Shown here in pieces: positions 51,789 through 64,000 of a stretch of 64,000 nucleotides of DNA. Positions within the stretch are counted from its first letter, which is position 1. Every line of letters starts with the position of its first letter. Under the pieces are notes generated by a model, which made no database searches, had not been told where the DNA came from, and saw nothing but the letters and a program-made list of their open reading frames with translations. The DNA comes from Octopus sinensis (taxonomy: Eukaryota), in assembly GCF_006345805.1 (NCBI RefSeq), contig NC_042997.1:164052001-164116000 (forward strand), in the 5' to 3' direction. The position numbers were made by a program, and so were the translations under genes.

Positions 51789-52592
51789 GTCTAAGTGGTT
51801 CGGGGTGCTAACACACATATAAAAATCAGTTAACAATAACTAAGTATGCTTGTCTTTTTTAAAATATACTCTTACTCTTATTCTTTTTCTACTCTTTATT
51901 TTTCGGTCATTTATTTATGTTTAAAGATTGTTGCTTCAAGTCAAAGAATAAATATTATAATGATATATTATTATACAGTTATTATTATACTATGAGTCTT
52001 CCATTGTAGCTTTCTCTCTGTAACTTACAAAGCCTTTTGGGTTGGTTTACAAAAAATATTATATGTTGTATTATACAGTTTAAGTACATATTAACTAAAT
52101 CTGACTGAAATTGAGGGGTGAATATTTGACCAATCGGATTTGCAAGGAGCCATGTAAGCGTTGATTTGTGGGTTCAACTCAGCCTGAGGTTAGCTCATCA
52201 TTTTTGTGCCATTTGTTTATATTTAAAAATTGTCACTTCAAATTGGAGAATAAATATTATTATATGTTACTATACAGTTATATATATATATTCTCTTTTT
52301 CTCGTTCTCTTTTACTTGTTTCAGTCATTTGACTGCAGCCATGCTGGAGCACTGCCTTTAGTGAAGGAAATCGACCCCAGGACTTATTCTTTGGAAGCCT
52401 AGTACTTATTCTATCGGTCTAATATATATATGTAACATATGGTATAATTTTGAATAGGGCAGCTTTTAGCCATTTCTCTGCAGACTGAAAAAATGATGAA
52501 CAACCTTAATCGATTTCCAAACCTTATTGGGTTCGAATCAGAGTTGTCCACATCATTCTGACAGTGTGTGTATATATATATATATATATATG

Positions 52593-52625
<33 letters not shown>

Positions 52626-52639
52626 TATATATATATATA

Positions 52640-53000
52640 GGGAGAATTCACAAAAAAAAACAAAAGACGAAGACAGGTGGTGTAGACAAAAAACAGATGT
52701 ATTAGTATAATGCTTGGGAAGTGAAAAAGTCTTTAACATTTTGAGCCTATGCTCTTCTACAGAAAGGAACACAGAAGGAAACAAGGAGAGAAAATAAAGT
52801 GTAGTGGCTAGTGATCTATCATATATATATATACATATATATACAAATATATATACATATATATACACATATATATATATACACACATATATATATATAC
52901 ACATATATATATACATATATATGTACATACATATATATATATATATACATACATATATATATACACATACATACATATATATATACATATATATATATAA

Positions 53001-53056
<56 letters not shown>

Positions 53057-53355
53057 TATATTTTCACATATATGCACATATATATATATATGCATATATA
53101 TACACACATATATATATACATATGTGTGTATGTGTGTGAGTGTGTGTATATATATATACATATACATATAGTTGAAATTTACAGAAAAACAAAAGATGAA
53201 GACAGGTGTATAAACAACAAGCAGGTGTATTAGTTGGACACTTGGGAAGGTGAGAAAGTCTTTTACATTTCAAGCCTATGCACTTCAACAGAAAGGAACA
53301 TGAGGAAATAAACAGAGAGAGAAGAATAAAATGTTTGGAGTTAGTGGTCAATCAT
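52640..53355 (-). repeat. Two direct copies of a PLE-terminus-like repeat (52640-52820, 53170-53355) separated by ~350 bp of compound (TA)/(TACA)n
   Basis: Direct homology of the two blocks; each has CCTTT-CTGT(A/T)GA-A-GWGC ATAG GCTY-RAAA-TG-TW-AAAG. Confidence 0.8.
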
Positions 53356-54182
53356 GTATGTATGTATATATAATAAATAAATGCTTCTGTATATGTATAT
53401 TTATGTGTATGAATGTGCATACATTACATATGTATATACATATATATATAAAGAGAGAGATATCCAAACACAAACACACAGAAAAAGATGCATATACAAA
53501 CAGATAAAGTCTATATATAAACAAATATTTGTATACTGTGTCTTTCCACCAGACATTATTTTATTATATACCATTACTCTTTTTTTGTTTCTAACGTGTA
53601 ATTTACAAAACAAATTACAAGACTACACTATATTAATTTTGTATGGAACATTATCCAGATATTTTTGAAATAGGAACTTAAAATTTATGAAGCCAGGAAA
53701 TAATTTTATTCAAAAATAGACAATGGCACATTGACATATTTCAATTCCTATTAAATTGATTTGGATATTTACCAAGATTGTTTGGGCTAAAATTGAATAT
53801 AAGTAAGAACCATCTTCCACTTAATTATATTTCCTTCTGCTACTTTTCTTAGATTTTAGTATGTTCCTTTCATAGATTTTTGAGAATCTCAAATGACTTA
53901 GAAATTCCTAAATAGCTTCTGAATGGTAAATTTTATTATCCTTATTTGAATAATTTCTCCTCCTAGTATGCTGTAAAATTAGATATATCACTGAAAAGTG
54001 TAGCTGCAAAATTAATGATAACTAATTAACCCAATGTGTAGTTGTAATTCACCAATGTAAATAAAGTATCAATTTCTTGTATGAAAAGTTGTTGGATTCT
54101 ATCCACTACTTCTACTTGTGCTGTTGCTCTTGGATATTACATCAAATCATACTTACTACAGTTTGTAGAATGACAATAATAA

Positions 54183-55088
54183 CCCTTTTGATACCAACTC
54201 ACCAAAATCTGCCTCTGATGCTTTGATATGAAATTTCAGTTTCAACCCTTTTGCATTCGGATTACTTTGTCAAATGCAATGCTTATTTATTCTCATTATC
54301 ATCATCACCATCATTTATCATCTATTGTCCATGCCAGCATGGGTTGGACAGTTTGACCAGGGCTGGCAAGCTGGAAGGCTGTACCAGACTCTAGTCTGAT
54401 TTGGCATAGTTTCTACGGCAGGATGCCCTTCCTGACACCAACCACTCTGAGAGTGTAATGGGTGCTTTTAAGTGCCACCAGCATGGGTGCAATTTGCATG
54501 ACACCAATATCTGTCATGACTATGAGTTCACTTGGCTTGATGGGTCTTCTCATTGTTTTAAATTAATCCTGAATTATCTTGTAGTTTTGAGATTTTGATG
54601 ATGTGACTGCATATTTTTAGAATGACATTGTAGGGTAGTATTTTTAGAATGACATTTTTGAATAACATTGTAGTTTGAACATAAAACAGGTAGAATATTT
54701 TGGCCAAATGTGACCAGTTTAAATGCTAAAAGGTTAACGTGATCTAAGTTGAAGCTATCCATAAAAATTTCATGTTAATTTGTTTCAAATACCAGCTTAA
54801 TAATTCTTTTTACTATAAGCACAAGGCCTGAAATTTGGTGAAGGAGGACTAAATGCATTGACCCTGGTATTCAACTGATACTTATTTTATCAACCACAAA
54901 AGGATGAACGGCAAAGTCAACCTCAACAAAATGTGAACATGAAACATAAAGAGGCAGAAGAAATGCCACTAGTTTACCACCATAAAAAAAATACCGATTT
55001 AACAATGGCATAGTTATTTTACTAAATTTTTCATTATTCTCAAAGTTAATTGAAACAAATGCAGAGTATTACAATAGTAACAAAAGGA
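54183..55088. mobile_element. Nested piggyBac-like MITEs containing an RTE 3' end (54298-54554) and a SINE A (54800-54975)
   Basis: Outer ends cccttttgatac / gtaacaaaagga|TTAA; inner MITE 54246-54733; ttctcatt on both sides of the RTE piece. Confidence 0.7.
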
Positions 55089-55209
55089 TTAAACTGTATT
55101 GCGTAGAAATTTGCACTGAACAAAAATTCTAACAATAATTACCAAGAATCCTGTTTCCACATTTACCTTTTCCCTTTTCTTTCACAATCTGTTTTATGTA
55201 ATCTTTCTT

Positions 55210-57200
55210 CCTATATATATTCGTTCTGTTTATTGCTCTTTAGCATGGGTTAGAAGAATATATTATTGGGGTATTATTTTATATCGGATACTCATCTTGT
55301 CATTCATTTAGAAAATATATTGAATGTTTGTAACTGCAAGTTACATAGCTCACTTTCAAGAGCCATGCTGTTCCTAGCATCATCCTTCCACGTGTGTAGA
55401 GGTATTGCCCCTTTTATGGCTGCCAGCTCATTCATCACTCATCTCATGATATACACATGGTTGCGCAAGACTTCCCTTGAGAGTTCTATATATAGTATAT
55501 CAGGATAACAAAATCAATAACCCAATGCAACTATACCTCCTCAAAATGTTTTGGGTTTTTTACATCCTGTTACAATTCTTGCACTTCCCATCAGTTTATG
55601 ACTTGATGAAATTTTTGTGTTCAATCTTCGATGGCTAGCATTGTCAATAATAGGCTGCTCCACTTCTTCTAAAACTCCAGTGTTGGGGTCATGCCTGGCC
55701 TGGGGACTTGATATGGTCACACCATCACTGTTAAGCATCCTTGCAGATTCAGCATAAACCATTGTGCCAGGTGTTGCACTCAATTCTGATTCTGGTTCCT
55801 GTCTGTTTAGTGGGGCCAGTTGCTCAACTGCCACATACCGCAGCAGGCAACCCTCCTTCTTAATCCATGCAGTATTCTTTCCGGCATGTATCACATATAT
55901 CACATATTTTGCCTTGGAAGCAACCTTGTTGAACATGTTTTTGTGCATTACATCCTCATCTATTTTGAAGAATGGGTTTGCAGCAACCCTCAATTGTCTT
56001 TTCATCAACTTTTCGGCCAGTGATAATTTACAACCACCCGAGGCACTCTGATGGTTAAACAGAATTTTGTTCAAGTAGTTGCTGAAATTCCTCATCTTCA
56101 AATCAAAATGCTCCAGTGCAGTTTTCACAGTTTGTATGGCCCTTTCTGGATCCACAAAAAGATGAGTAATAAGCATTCAGAAGGCCTTATCTTGCTCTTT
56201 ACTCCACTTAAATTCTTTAGATCTAGCTGATGAGAGTGATTCTACTTTTTCAACATATACCGGGACAAATCTTCTGCAGTAATTTGTCAGACCCAATATT
56301 TTGCCAAAATCTTCCTTCAATTTTGGAACTTGTACATCCTTTAGTTTTATTACCAATTCCAGAAATGGAGAAATACCTGCTTCAGATATGTTCATTCCAA
56401 GGAAAGTCAAATTTCTTCTTCTGGAGAATGACTTTGCTTTGTTAATGAAGAATTGTGCCTTGGTTAGCCTTGTAACTACTGCATTTTCTCTGCTCATCAA
56501 TTTTGCTTCGCTACTAGCATATATGAGGATATCATCTTGGTATACCCTGACTCCTTCGATCCCTTTCAGTAGAGTTTTCATGCGGTTCTGAAATATGCCA
56601 CTCAATTTCTGAAGGCCATTTGAAGTCTGTTAACCAAGTACAAACCATTACTCTCTTTACTCTTTTACTTGTTTCAGTCATTTGACTGCGGCCGTGCTGG
56701 AGCACCACCTTTAGTCGAGTAAATCGACCCAAGGACTTATTCTTTGTAAGCCTACAACTTATTCTATCGGTCTCTTTTGCCAAACTGCTAAGTTATGGGG
56801 ACGTAAACAAACCAGCATCGGTTGTCAAGCGATGTTGGAGGGACAAACACAGACACACAAACACACATACATATATATATATATGTACATATATACGACG
56901 GGCTTCTTTCAGTTTCCGTCTACCAAATCCACTCACAAGGCTTTGGTCGGCCTGAGGCTATAGTAGAAGACACTTGCCCAAGGTGCCACACAGTGAGACT
57001 GAACCCGGAACCGTGTGGTTGGTAAGCATGCTACTTACCACACAGTCACTCCTACGCCTATTGGTTGTATTAATAGTGCAAATCCACCTTGCTTCCACCA
57101 CTAAAGGTATTTGCCAATATGCATGCTTTAAATTGAGAGTGGAGAAAAATTTTGCGTCTGACATACTGGAGAAGATAGTGTTGTTGACTGGGAAGTGAAA
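55210..57200 (-). mobile_element. Ty3/Gypsy LTR retrotransposon remnant (RT, integrase C-terminus, probable 3' LTR ~55210-55535)
   Basis: FSTLNLKHAYWQIPL..TINTT, SGIFQNRM..VYQDDILI, FLGMNIS, LGLTNYCRRFVP, FKWSKEQDKAF, then ERAIQTVK..SLAEKLMKRQLR. Short purine tract GAGGAGG after the stop. LTR limits are uncertain. Confidence 0.88.
56650..57059 (-). mobile_element. Young full-length SINE B inserted in the Gypsy RT
   Basis: CpG-rich copy; removing it and one ATT restores ATT AAT ACA ACC AAT GGT TTG TAC (INTTNGLY). Confidence 0.92.
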
Positions 57201-58481
57201 ACAAGAGAGTTTTGTAAAATGTACATGTAAACAAACACACACATACACATATGTATATATATCATCATTTACATGTATCAGTTTCCATCAATTAAATTTT
57301 CTCACAAGACTTTGGCTGGTCTGGAGCAATAGAAGAAAAAACATGCCTCAAGGAGCTACACTGTGGGACTAAATCTGAGACCACATGATTGGGAAACAAG
57401 CTTCTAAACCACACAACAGCACTTGTATCTTATACATGTGTGTGTGTGTGTGTGTATTTAGTGGGAGAAAACAACTGATTGTTGTGTATGTGAGATTATC
57501 TCCTCTTCTCATTGGAAGCTGACTGCAATTACCCACCAGGTGTTTGTTTACTTCTCAAAGCAAAGATCCTTTCAATAAATTGAAAATTTACCTTGTATAA
57601 TGCCATTGGGCCACTATGAGTTTTTTAGCTACTTTTTATTATATACATTCATCATAAATACATATGTGTGTGTGTATACAAATAGACATACATACAAATA
57701 CACACATCAGGAAATGTGTTAATTATGAATACACTTCTAATACACTTCTAATACACTACTACATGTGCTAGTACTGAAAATATCTTAACATGATCCTGTG
57801 TAAAAAAGGTGTAGACTTGAGGTGAAAGGAAACAAATCAGATGTTAAGAGTGAAGTTAATAGTAGTGGCCTTAAGAACAGTGTTACAAAAGTTAGAACAG
57901 CTAATTGAAACAATATCAGTTAAGTGTAACAACATTATTGATGTTTTTTTGACTAGGCAAAAGGCCAATTTTCCTTTAGCAGAGTAGATACAGTCAATTG
58001 AATCAACCTAGTACATTATTGGCACTTAATTTACAAACCCTGGTGGGATTTGAAAAGTAAAATCAATCCTAACAGGATTTGAACTTGGCACAGCAAGGTA
58101 CAAAACTTAAACAGATAAAATATCTGGTCAGGTGATCTACTCTTTCAATAAGTTCCATTCTCTTCTTTACTTGTTACAATCATCAGAGTTTGGCTATGCT
58201 GGAGCAAGTCAACCCCAGTACTATTTTTTTGAATCTGGTACTTAATCTGTCAATAACTAGCACTTAATCCGTCAATACTAGCACTTGTACCACCAGCACA
58301 AGTACTAGTAAGGCGACGCAGGTAACAATCACGCTCGAATGGTGTTTTTAACGTACCATCGTTAAGGCCAGCTTGTTGCTCTGGCAACGATCTCACTCAT
58401 ATGGTACTCTTAGTGCTCTACTAGCAACGGATGCCAGTCACCGAGTTTGATTTCGATTTCACTTGCCTATATATATATATG

Positions 58482-58510
<29 letters not shown>

Positions 58511-58512
<2 letters not shown>

Positions 58513-58812
58513 CATCATCATCATCATCATCATCATTTAGCGTCCGCTTTCCATGCTAGCATGGGTTGGACGGTTTAACTGGGGTCTGTGAAGCCGGAAG
58601 GCTTCATCAGGCCCAGTCAGATTTGGCAGTGTTTCTACGGCTGGATGCCCTTCCTAATGCCAACCACTCCATGAGTGTAGTGGGTGCTTTTTACGTGCCA
58701 CCTGCACAGGGGCCAGACAGAGCTGGCAAACGGCCACGAACGGATGGTGTTTTTACGTGCCACCGGCACGGGGGCCAGGCAAGGCTGGCAACGGACACGA
58801 ACGGATGGTGCT
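58511..58812 (-). mobile_element. Young RTE 3'UTR copy in (TA)n; an older variant lies at 58285-58468
   Basis: (atc)n tail, consensus 3'UTR with ~54-bp sub-repeats. Confidence 0.88.
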
Positions 58813-61800
58813 ACATATATATTCACACACACACACATATATATATAGAGAGAGGGGTGAGGGAGAAGTAGAAAGTGAACTAGCTTAAAGTTCCATCATA
58901 TTCACTCACATGCATTTGTTGGCCCAGGCCTATAATACAACACAAGTCCCTTGCCCAAGTTGCTGCACAGTGGGACTGCTGAAACCATAGAGTTGTAAAG
59001 TGAGCTTCTTAACCATAGTCATGCCACACATACACACACATGCAGCAGGCTTCTTTCAATTTCCATCTACCAAATCCACTCACAAGGCTTTAGTTGGCTT
59101 TAGGCTATAGTAGAAGACACCTGCACAAGTTGCCACATTGTAGGACTGAATCTGGAACTATGCAGTTGGGAGGCAAACTTTTTATCACACAGCCATGCCA
59201 CTGCCTATTGTGTGTGTGTGTGTGTGTGTGTGTCTATATATATATAATATATAATATATATATATATATATACACACATATAAATGGCGGTGCCCCAGCA
59301 TGGCCACAGCTCAATGAGCTGAAACTAAAATCAATCAATCATATATATATATATATATATATATAAAGGTTATATTTCTAAATACTGATTTCTTACTTGG
59401 AGAAACACGATCAGTATTTTTTGAAATGGTAAGGCATACAATGAATAGAATCAACCTTGATATATTAATGCAATTAATTATGTTCCCTTCAAAATCATAA
59501 GCAGCTTCCTGCAGAAAAGTGGAGAAAAAAATCCTCCCATTTTCATTCTCAGAACCGGACTTTCTGGTACCAATGAGTAATTCTCTTTGTTCCTTCTCAT
59601 CCTCTCCTGTCTTTTCCCTGTTGTTATAGTGATTCCTCTTTTCTTCCATTTTCAGTTTTAATTCAATTTATTTTTTAGTCATTTTTTTTAATATTTTGAC
59701 TTTAACATTTTTATTTTATTTCCATCGAAGCCCCAGTTTTCTAGCCCTGGCTACCTATTTGATTAATTTCTTTTGTATTGCATTTTGTTAATAACAGCAC
59801 TATTGGTTACAAGTTTCCAGTCACTGGTTTACTTTATATATGATGGTGGCAAGAGTGATAAGGGATTGTCTGTACAACTCAGGCAGAACACATATTAGAA
59901 TGGAATTTCATTGAAAAGAATTGGCTTATCAGTTTCCTTGCTGATGCTCATATGATGCTTCCACCAATATACATTGCCAAAAGTTATAAATACACATGTG
60001 TGTGTATGTGAGACAGAAAGAGAGAGAGAGGGGGGAAGGGGGAGAGAGAGAATATATATATGTATATTTATCCTCATTAACATCTATCTCATGCTGACAT
60101 GCAATTAACAGTTCGACAACATCCAACAAGCAAAGGACTGCATTGAATTCCAGTGTTTTCACTGTCATGGCTTCTATAGCTGGATGCCCTTCCTAAAAGC
60201 AACTGTTTGACAGGAGTGTACTGGGTAGTATTTTTGTGACACCACTACAAGTAATATCACATAGTAATTTGCACAAGGCCCTTCAAACCCAGTGAGAGTA
60301 TAGTATTGAGGGAGGTAAAAATATGATAGCAGGATAGGAACAGGTGTGTTGCTAAAGAAGAAATACAGTTTTTCATTCAGGCATAGGTAAGAACAGACTG
60401 TGGCAGATTTTCTACAAACAGATTTTTTCCCTGCTGTCAATCCTTAACCTGCTTTCCTCACCCATCAAAAGTTGAGTGAGACATTTTGCCCACTAGACAT
60501 TGTAAAAAAAGACATTGTTTTTACTCAGGTAATATTGAGGACATATGGAATGATAAATATTCACACACACACTCATGATGGGCTTTTTCTCAATTTCTTT
60601 CAACCAATTCCATTTACAAGGCATAGAGAGCGAGACCCAGAACATGTGATTGCAAAACAAACTTTATAACCCCACGACTGTGCCTGCTCCTCTGATGTTA
60701 TTGTGACTACATACAACAGTATGGTAGCCAATGGCATTTTTTTTTTTTTTAGCATTTTCAGTATTTGGTAAATAGCACAATTGTGAAATCTCTTCACAAG
60801 TAATACAGAAGCTAATAAAAAACATGGGTATGAGGTCACTGTTAAACCCAGTATTTGACTGATTCTTATTTTATCTACTCTGCAAGGATAACAGCAAAGA
60901 TGACCTAAGCTGGATTTGAACACAGAACATAGAGAAGTGTAAGTAAATACTATGTTGTTGCATGCTCTACTAATTCACTGCCTTCCTATACTGCTAAATA
61001 TTACTAACTATAACAGCTATAGTAAAGTGTAAGTTGAAATTAAGCTAATGTCTTTCATTTACAATTCAATACCCAAGAAACATTATGCTGAAATATGTAG
61101 GCAAAGTACATTGGCTCCATTTGTAACATTTCAGTTTATAATCACTCAAGAAACTCCATTTCATGGTTGGATAACAGGAATTAGGAATGTCATCCAGCCA
61201 TAAGAATTAGTAGTAATTCATGCAAAATGCCATAATTTCCGATGCTTATAATTGGAAAGTGCACATATTTTTTTCCCCCTTTTTTAACAGAAAAGAAAAA
61301 CAGAAAAGTCTAACAACTACTCAGAAATGAGAAACTTCGTTATTTTTTTTCATTTTTCTTAGTTTTTGCTATTTTAATATTTTAACATTTTTAAAAACAA
61401 AATCCATATTAGTGTGTGAACCTCTAGCTAACAAAAGAACCTGTAAGTGGTTGTTTGATCTGCTAGGATTAGAAGGAAAATTCCTTCAAAGTTCACTCTA
61501 TCATCTTTGAAATGAATAAAGGTGCTGGAGAAAGTAATTTTGAATATAATAATTCTAGAAAAAGACAGACTGGATGGTCACTGTTTGAATGCCAGTCCAA
61601 CACACAGGAAGAAAACCAAACAGTAACTACTCTGCACCAGACAGATTTCAAATCTTTAAAAGATTTTTCAGTATGATACTGACACAAACATAATCAAACA
61701 GCACTATTTACCAATACTTCACAGGAATACATTACATTTCAGAATTCATAACAATAACATCAATAATAAAAGTAGAAAGTAGCCCTTCTATCTCTTTTCT

Positions 61801-62137
61801 CAAAACTATAGCTCTCTAGAGAACACATTTTTAAAATTTCAAGCACATCATAGACAAAAGTAATCTTTGTAAACAACACAAAAAATTCAAAAAAATAATG
61901 AAATACAATACAAGCAGCCTATAAGACAACTTTAAGAAACTAAAAGATGTTATCATCACACGTGACATTCATTTTGTACCAGAACAGGAAATACTTTTGC
62001 AAGTACAATGCAAAATTCAAATTCCTAATTACTATCCAATAAGCTGTGATACAGTAAATACAGGAGGAGGCCTCATAATGAAATGCATAATATATACACC
62101 AACACACTGGGAAAGTAAGAATGCAAAACAAATTAAT

Positions 62138-62170
<33 letters not shown>

Positions 62171-62686
62171 TATATGAAGGCACATGAACTAGTGATTAGG
62201 GTGTTAAAATCACCTGATCATGGGTTCAATTCCCAGGCCGAGTGGTGCATTGTGTTCTTGAGCAAAACACTTCATTTCACATTGCTCCAGTCGACTCAGC
62301 TGTAGATGGGTAACCCTGCAACAGACTAACATTCTGATCAGGAGAAATGTTGGCCTGCTTGCCTAGCCAGTGGGGTGGCATCATTTGAAAGCTAAACAAT
62401 GCAAAGCACATTGTGACCAGCGATGCATAGCAACATTGGATTGTCTGGTTGATCATGTTTCACACATACACACACATACAGAGAAAGTGTGAGAGAGAGA
62501 GAGAGAGAAAGAGCAATGCAGCCCTGTGGATCACCAGATCCTGTCAAATCACCTAACCCATACCAGCATGGAAAATTGATGTTAAGTGACCCATGCAAGG
62601 TCCAACCAATGCTAGGTAGTCCAACCCATGCTAGCATGGAAAGCAGATGCTAAATGGTGATGGGATGATGATGACAATGATGATAC

Positions 62687-62830
62687 TTATGTATGTATGT
62701 ATGTATGTATGTATGTATGCATGCATGCATGCATGTATGTATGTATGTATGTATGTATGTATGTATGTATGTATGTATGTATGTATGTATGCATGCATGC
62801 ATGCATGCATGTATGCACTATGTATGTATG
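62687..62830. repeat. Compound (TATG)n/(CATG)n microsatellite; other large SSRs at 14660-14780, 16341-16435, 18101-18150, 29732-29821, 31510-31680, 42960-43065 and 48705-48815
   Basis: Seen directly. Confidence 0.95.
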
Positions 62831-62839
62831 TTGACTGCT

Positions 62840-63012
62840 CATGAGTTCCTCCGCCCTTTGACAAGTCTTATTTTTCATCCTGCAGGGTGTCCAACAATCA
62901 CTCTCCTCACCAAGCAAGTCTGATGGGGTTGCCAGTTTAGTCACCAATAACCTGACCATGCAACAGGTTGTACTGGATTACATGTTACCAGTAGCACTCA
63001 AGAGTGACCTGA
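62840..63012 (-). mobile_element. RTE LINE 5'UTR-like segment, inverted relative to the adjoining ORF
   Basis: Minus strand ggtgaggagagtgattgttggacaccc..aagacttgtcaaagggcggaggaactc resembles RTE 5'UTRs; related to 33090-33200. Confidence 0.55.
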
Positions 63013-63014
63013 TT

Positions 63015-64000
63015 CTTTCATCTACCTTGGAAGCTCTGGAAATCTGGACACAGAAATACATCTGTGAATTCAAAGGGCAGAACAAGTATTTGGTGGTTTA
63101 GAGTTATGCGTTTGGTGCCAATGACATGTAAATAACAACACAAAATTGGCTCTTTACAAATCATTTGTTTTGCCATCGCTGTTGTATTCTTCTGAAACAT
63201 GAACATATTATGAAAGACATTTCAAATTGTTAGAACAATTCCACCAAAAATGCCTTCATCACATTTTAAACATTAAATGGAGTTATTTTACTCCAAACAC
63301 AAATGTACTTGCATCTGCAGGCATCACTTCAATTAAAACAATGATTCTGAAAAGCCAAATGAGATAGTGTAGCCATATTGTTCAAATGGCAGATGAACAC
63401 ACACCCAAACAGTTGTTTTATGTCGAGCTTGCAGAGGGGAAATGCTATTGGTGTAAACCTGAAAAGAGGTTTAAGGATGGCATAAGGACTAACATGAAGT
63501 CACTTGGAATGGATCCAGAGGACATAGAAACCTTTGCTTCAGATCAAGCTGGATGGTGAACAAAAGTGTGGAGTAGAGTGAAAGCATTTGAAGAGACTAG
63601 GATAATGCATGCAAGACTCAAGAGAGATTTAAAGAAGAATGCTATAATTGAGAAAGTGAATCACAATAACCTTTTTGCATGTACAGTTTGTGACAGACCA
63701 TGCCTTTCTTCTGCTAGGCTCAAATCTCATTTACGGACCCATGAGAAACAAACCTCCACCAACTATTCTGCCTATATGTCTGTGCACACCTTTTAATGTC
63801 ATGTATGCCATAAGGTCTGCAAATCTAACAGAGGCCTCAAAAGACATTTTAAGACCCACAAAGATCAGAACTTAACTGTGGCTTTTGGTGGTCCAAATTG
63901 GACATGCAATCTATGTGGGTGTTTTTACAAAATATCGTCTGGTTTTAAAAGCCACATCAGATGCCATGATGGATCTAAGGTATAGGTACAGGAGGTGGTC
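63015..64000 (+). mobile_element. RTE (BovB-like) LINE ORF 3' part ending in three C2H2 zinc fingers
   Basis: TKLALYKSFVLPSLLYSSET, LEQFHQKCL..ILNIKW, PKQLFYVEL..KRFKD, then CTVC-x12-HLRTH, CHVC-x12-HFKTH and CNLC-x12-HIRCH in one frame; stop at 63983-63985. Confidence 0.9.

Noticed and set aside
52524-53351. Many overlapping Y/I/H/T-rich ORFs (also 16288, 31466, 33560, 42792, 62631)
   Set aside because: Translations of stop-free microsatellites.
59335-59649. 104-aa minus-strand ORF
   Set aside because: Low-complexity purine-rich start, no recognisable domain or splice context; possibly an old LINE ORF1 scrap.

Overview
Eukaryotic, AT-rich, CpG-depleted, repeat-saturated animal DNA. The SINE/LINE families and the density of (TA)n/(CA)n/(AAT)n microsatellites look like an octopus (cephalopod) genome; this is inferred from family resemblance, not a database search. 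Almost all ORFs in the supplied track are noise from repeats. The one convincing host-gene feature is a minus-strand exon (31901-32018) encoding the first ankyrin repeat of an inversin-like (INVS) protein, so most of the window is probably long intron. The rest is a layered transposon record: Penelope-like (PLE) RT/GIY-YIG remnants, Helitron, two mariners (one with both TIRs), hAT, pogo, Tigger, piggyBac-like MITEs, RTE, CR1/L2 and R4/Dong LINE pieces, an internally deleted Gypsy, and three tRNA-derived SINE families. The most interesting signals: (i) several different hammerhead-ribozyme (HHR) motif families, including a nearly perfect type I HHR at 34916-35004 on the same strand as the INVS-like exon, a long-stem-II HHR and two fold-back HHR pairs; (ii) an RTE LINE whose ORF ends in three C2H2 zinc fingers, and another with a PHD-like finger inside the RT; (iii) a templated local insertion flanked by an 84-bp duplication; (iv) modular SINE tails and microsatellite-targeted insertion. 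Boundaries of degenerate elements are approximate and were read by eye.
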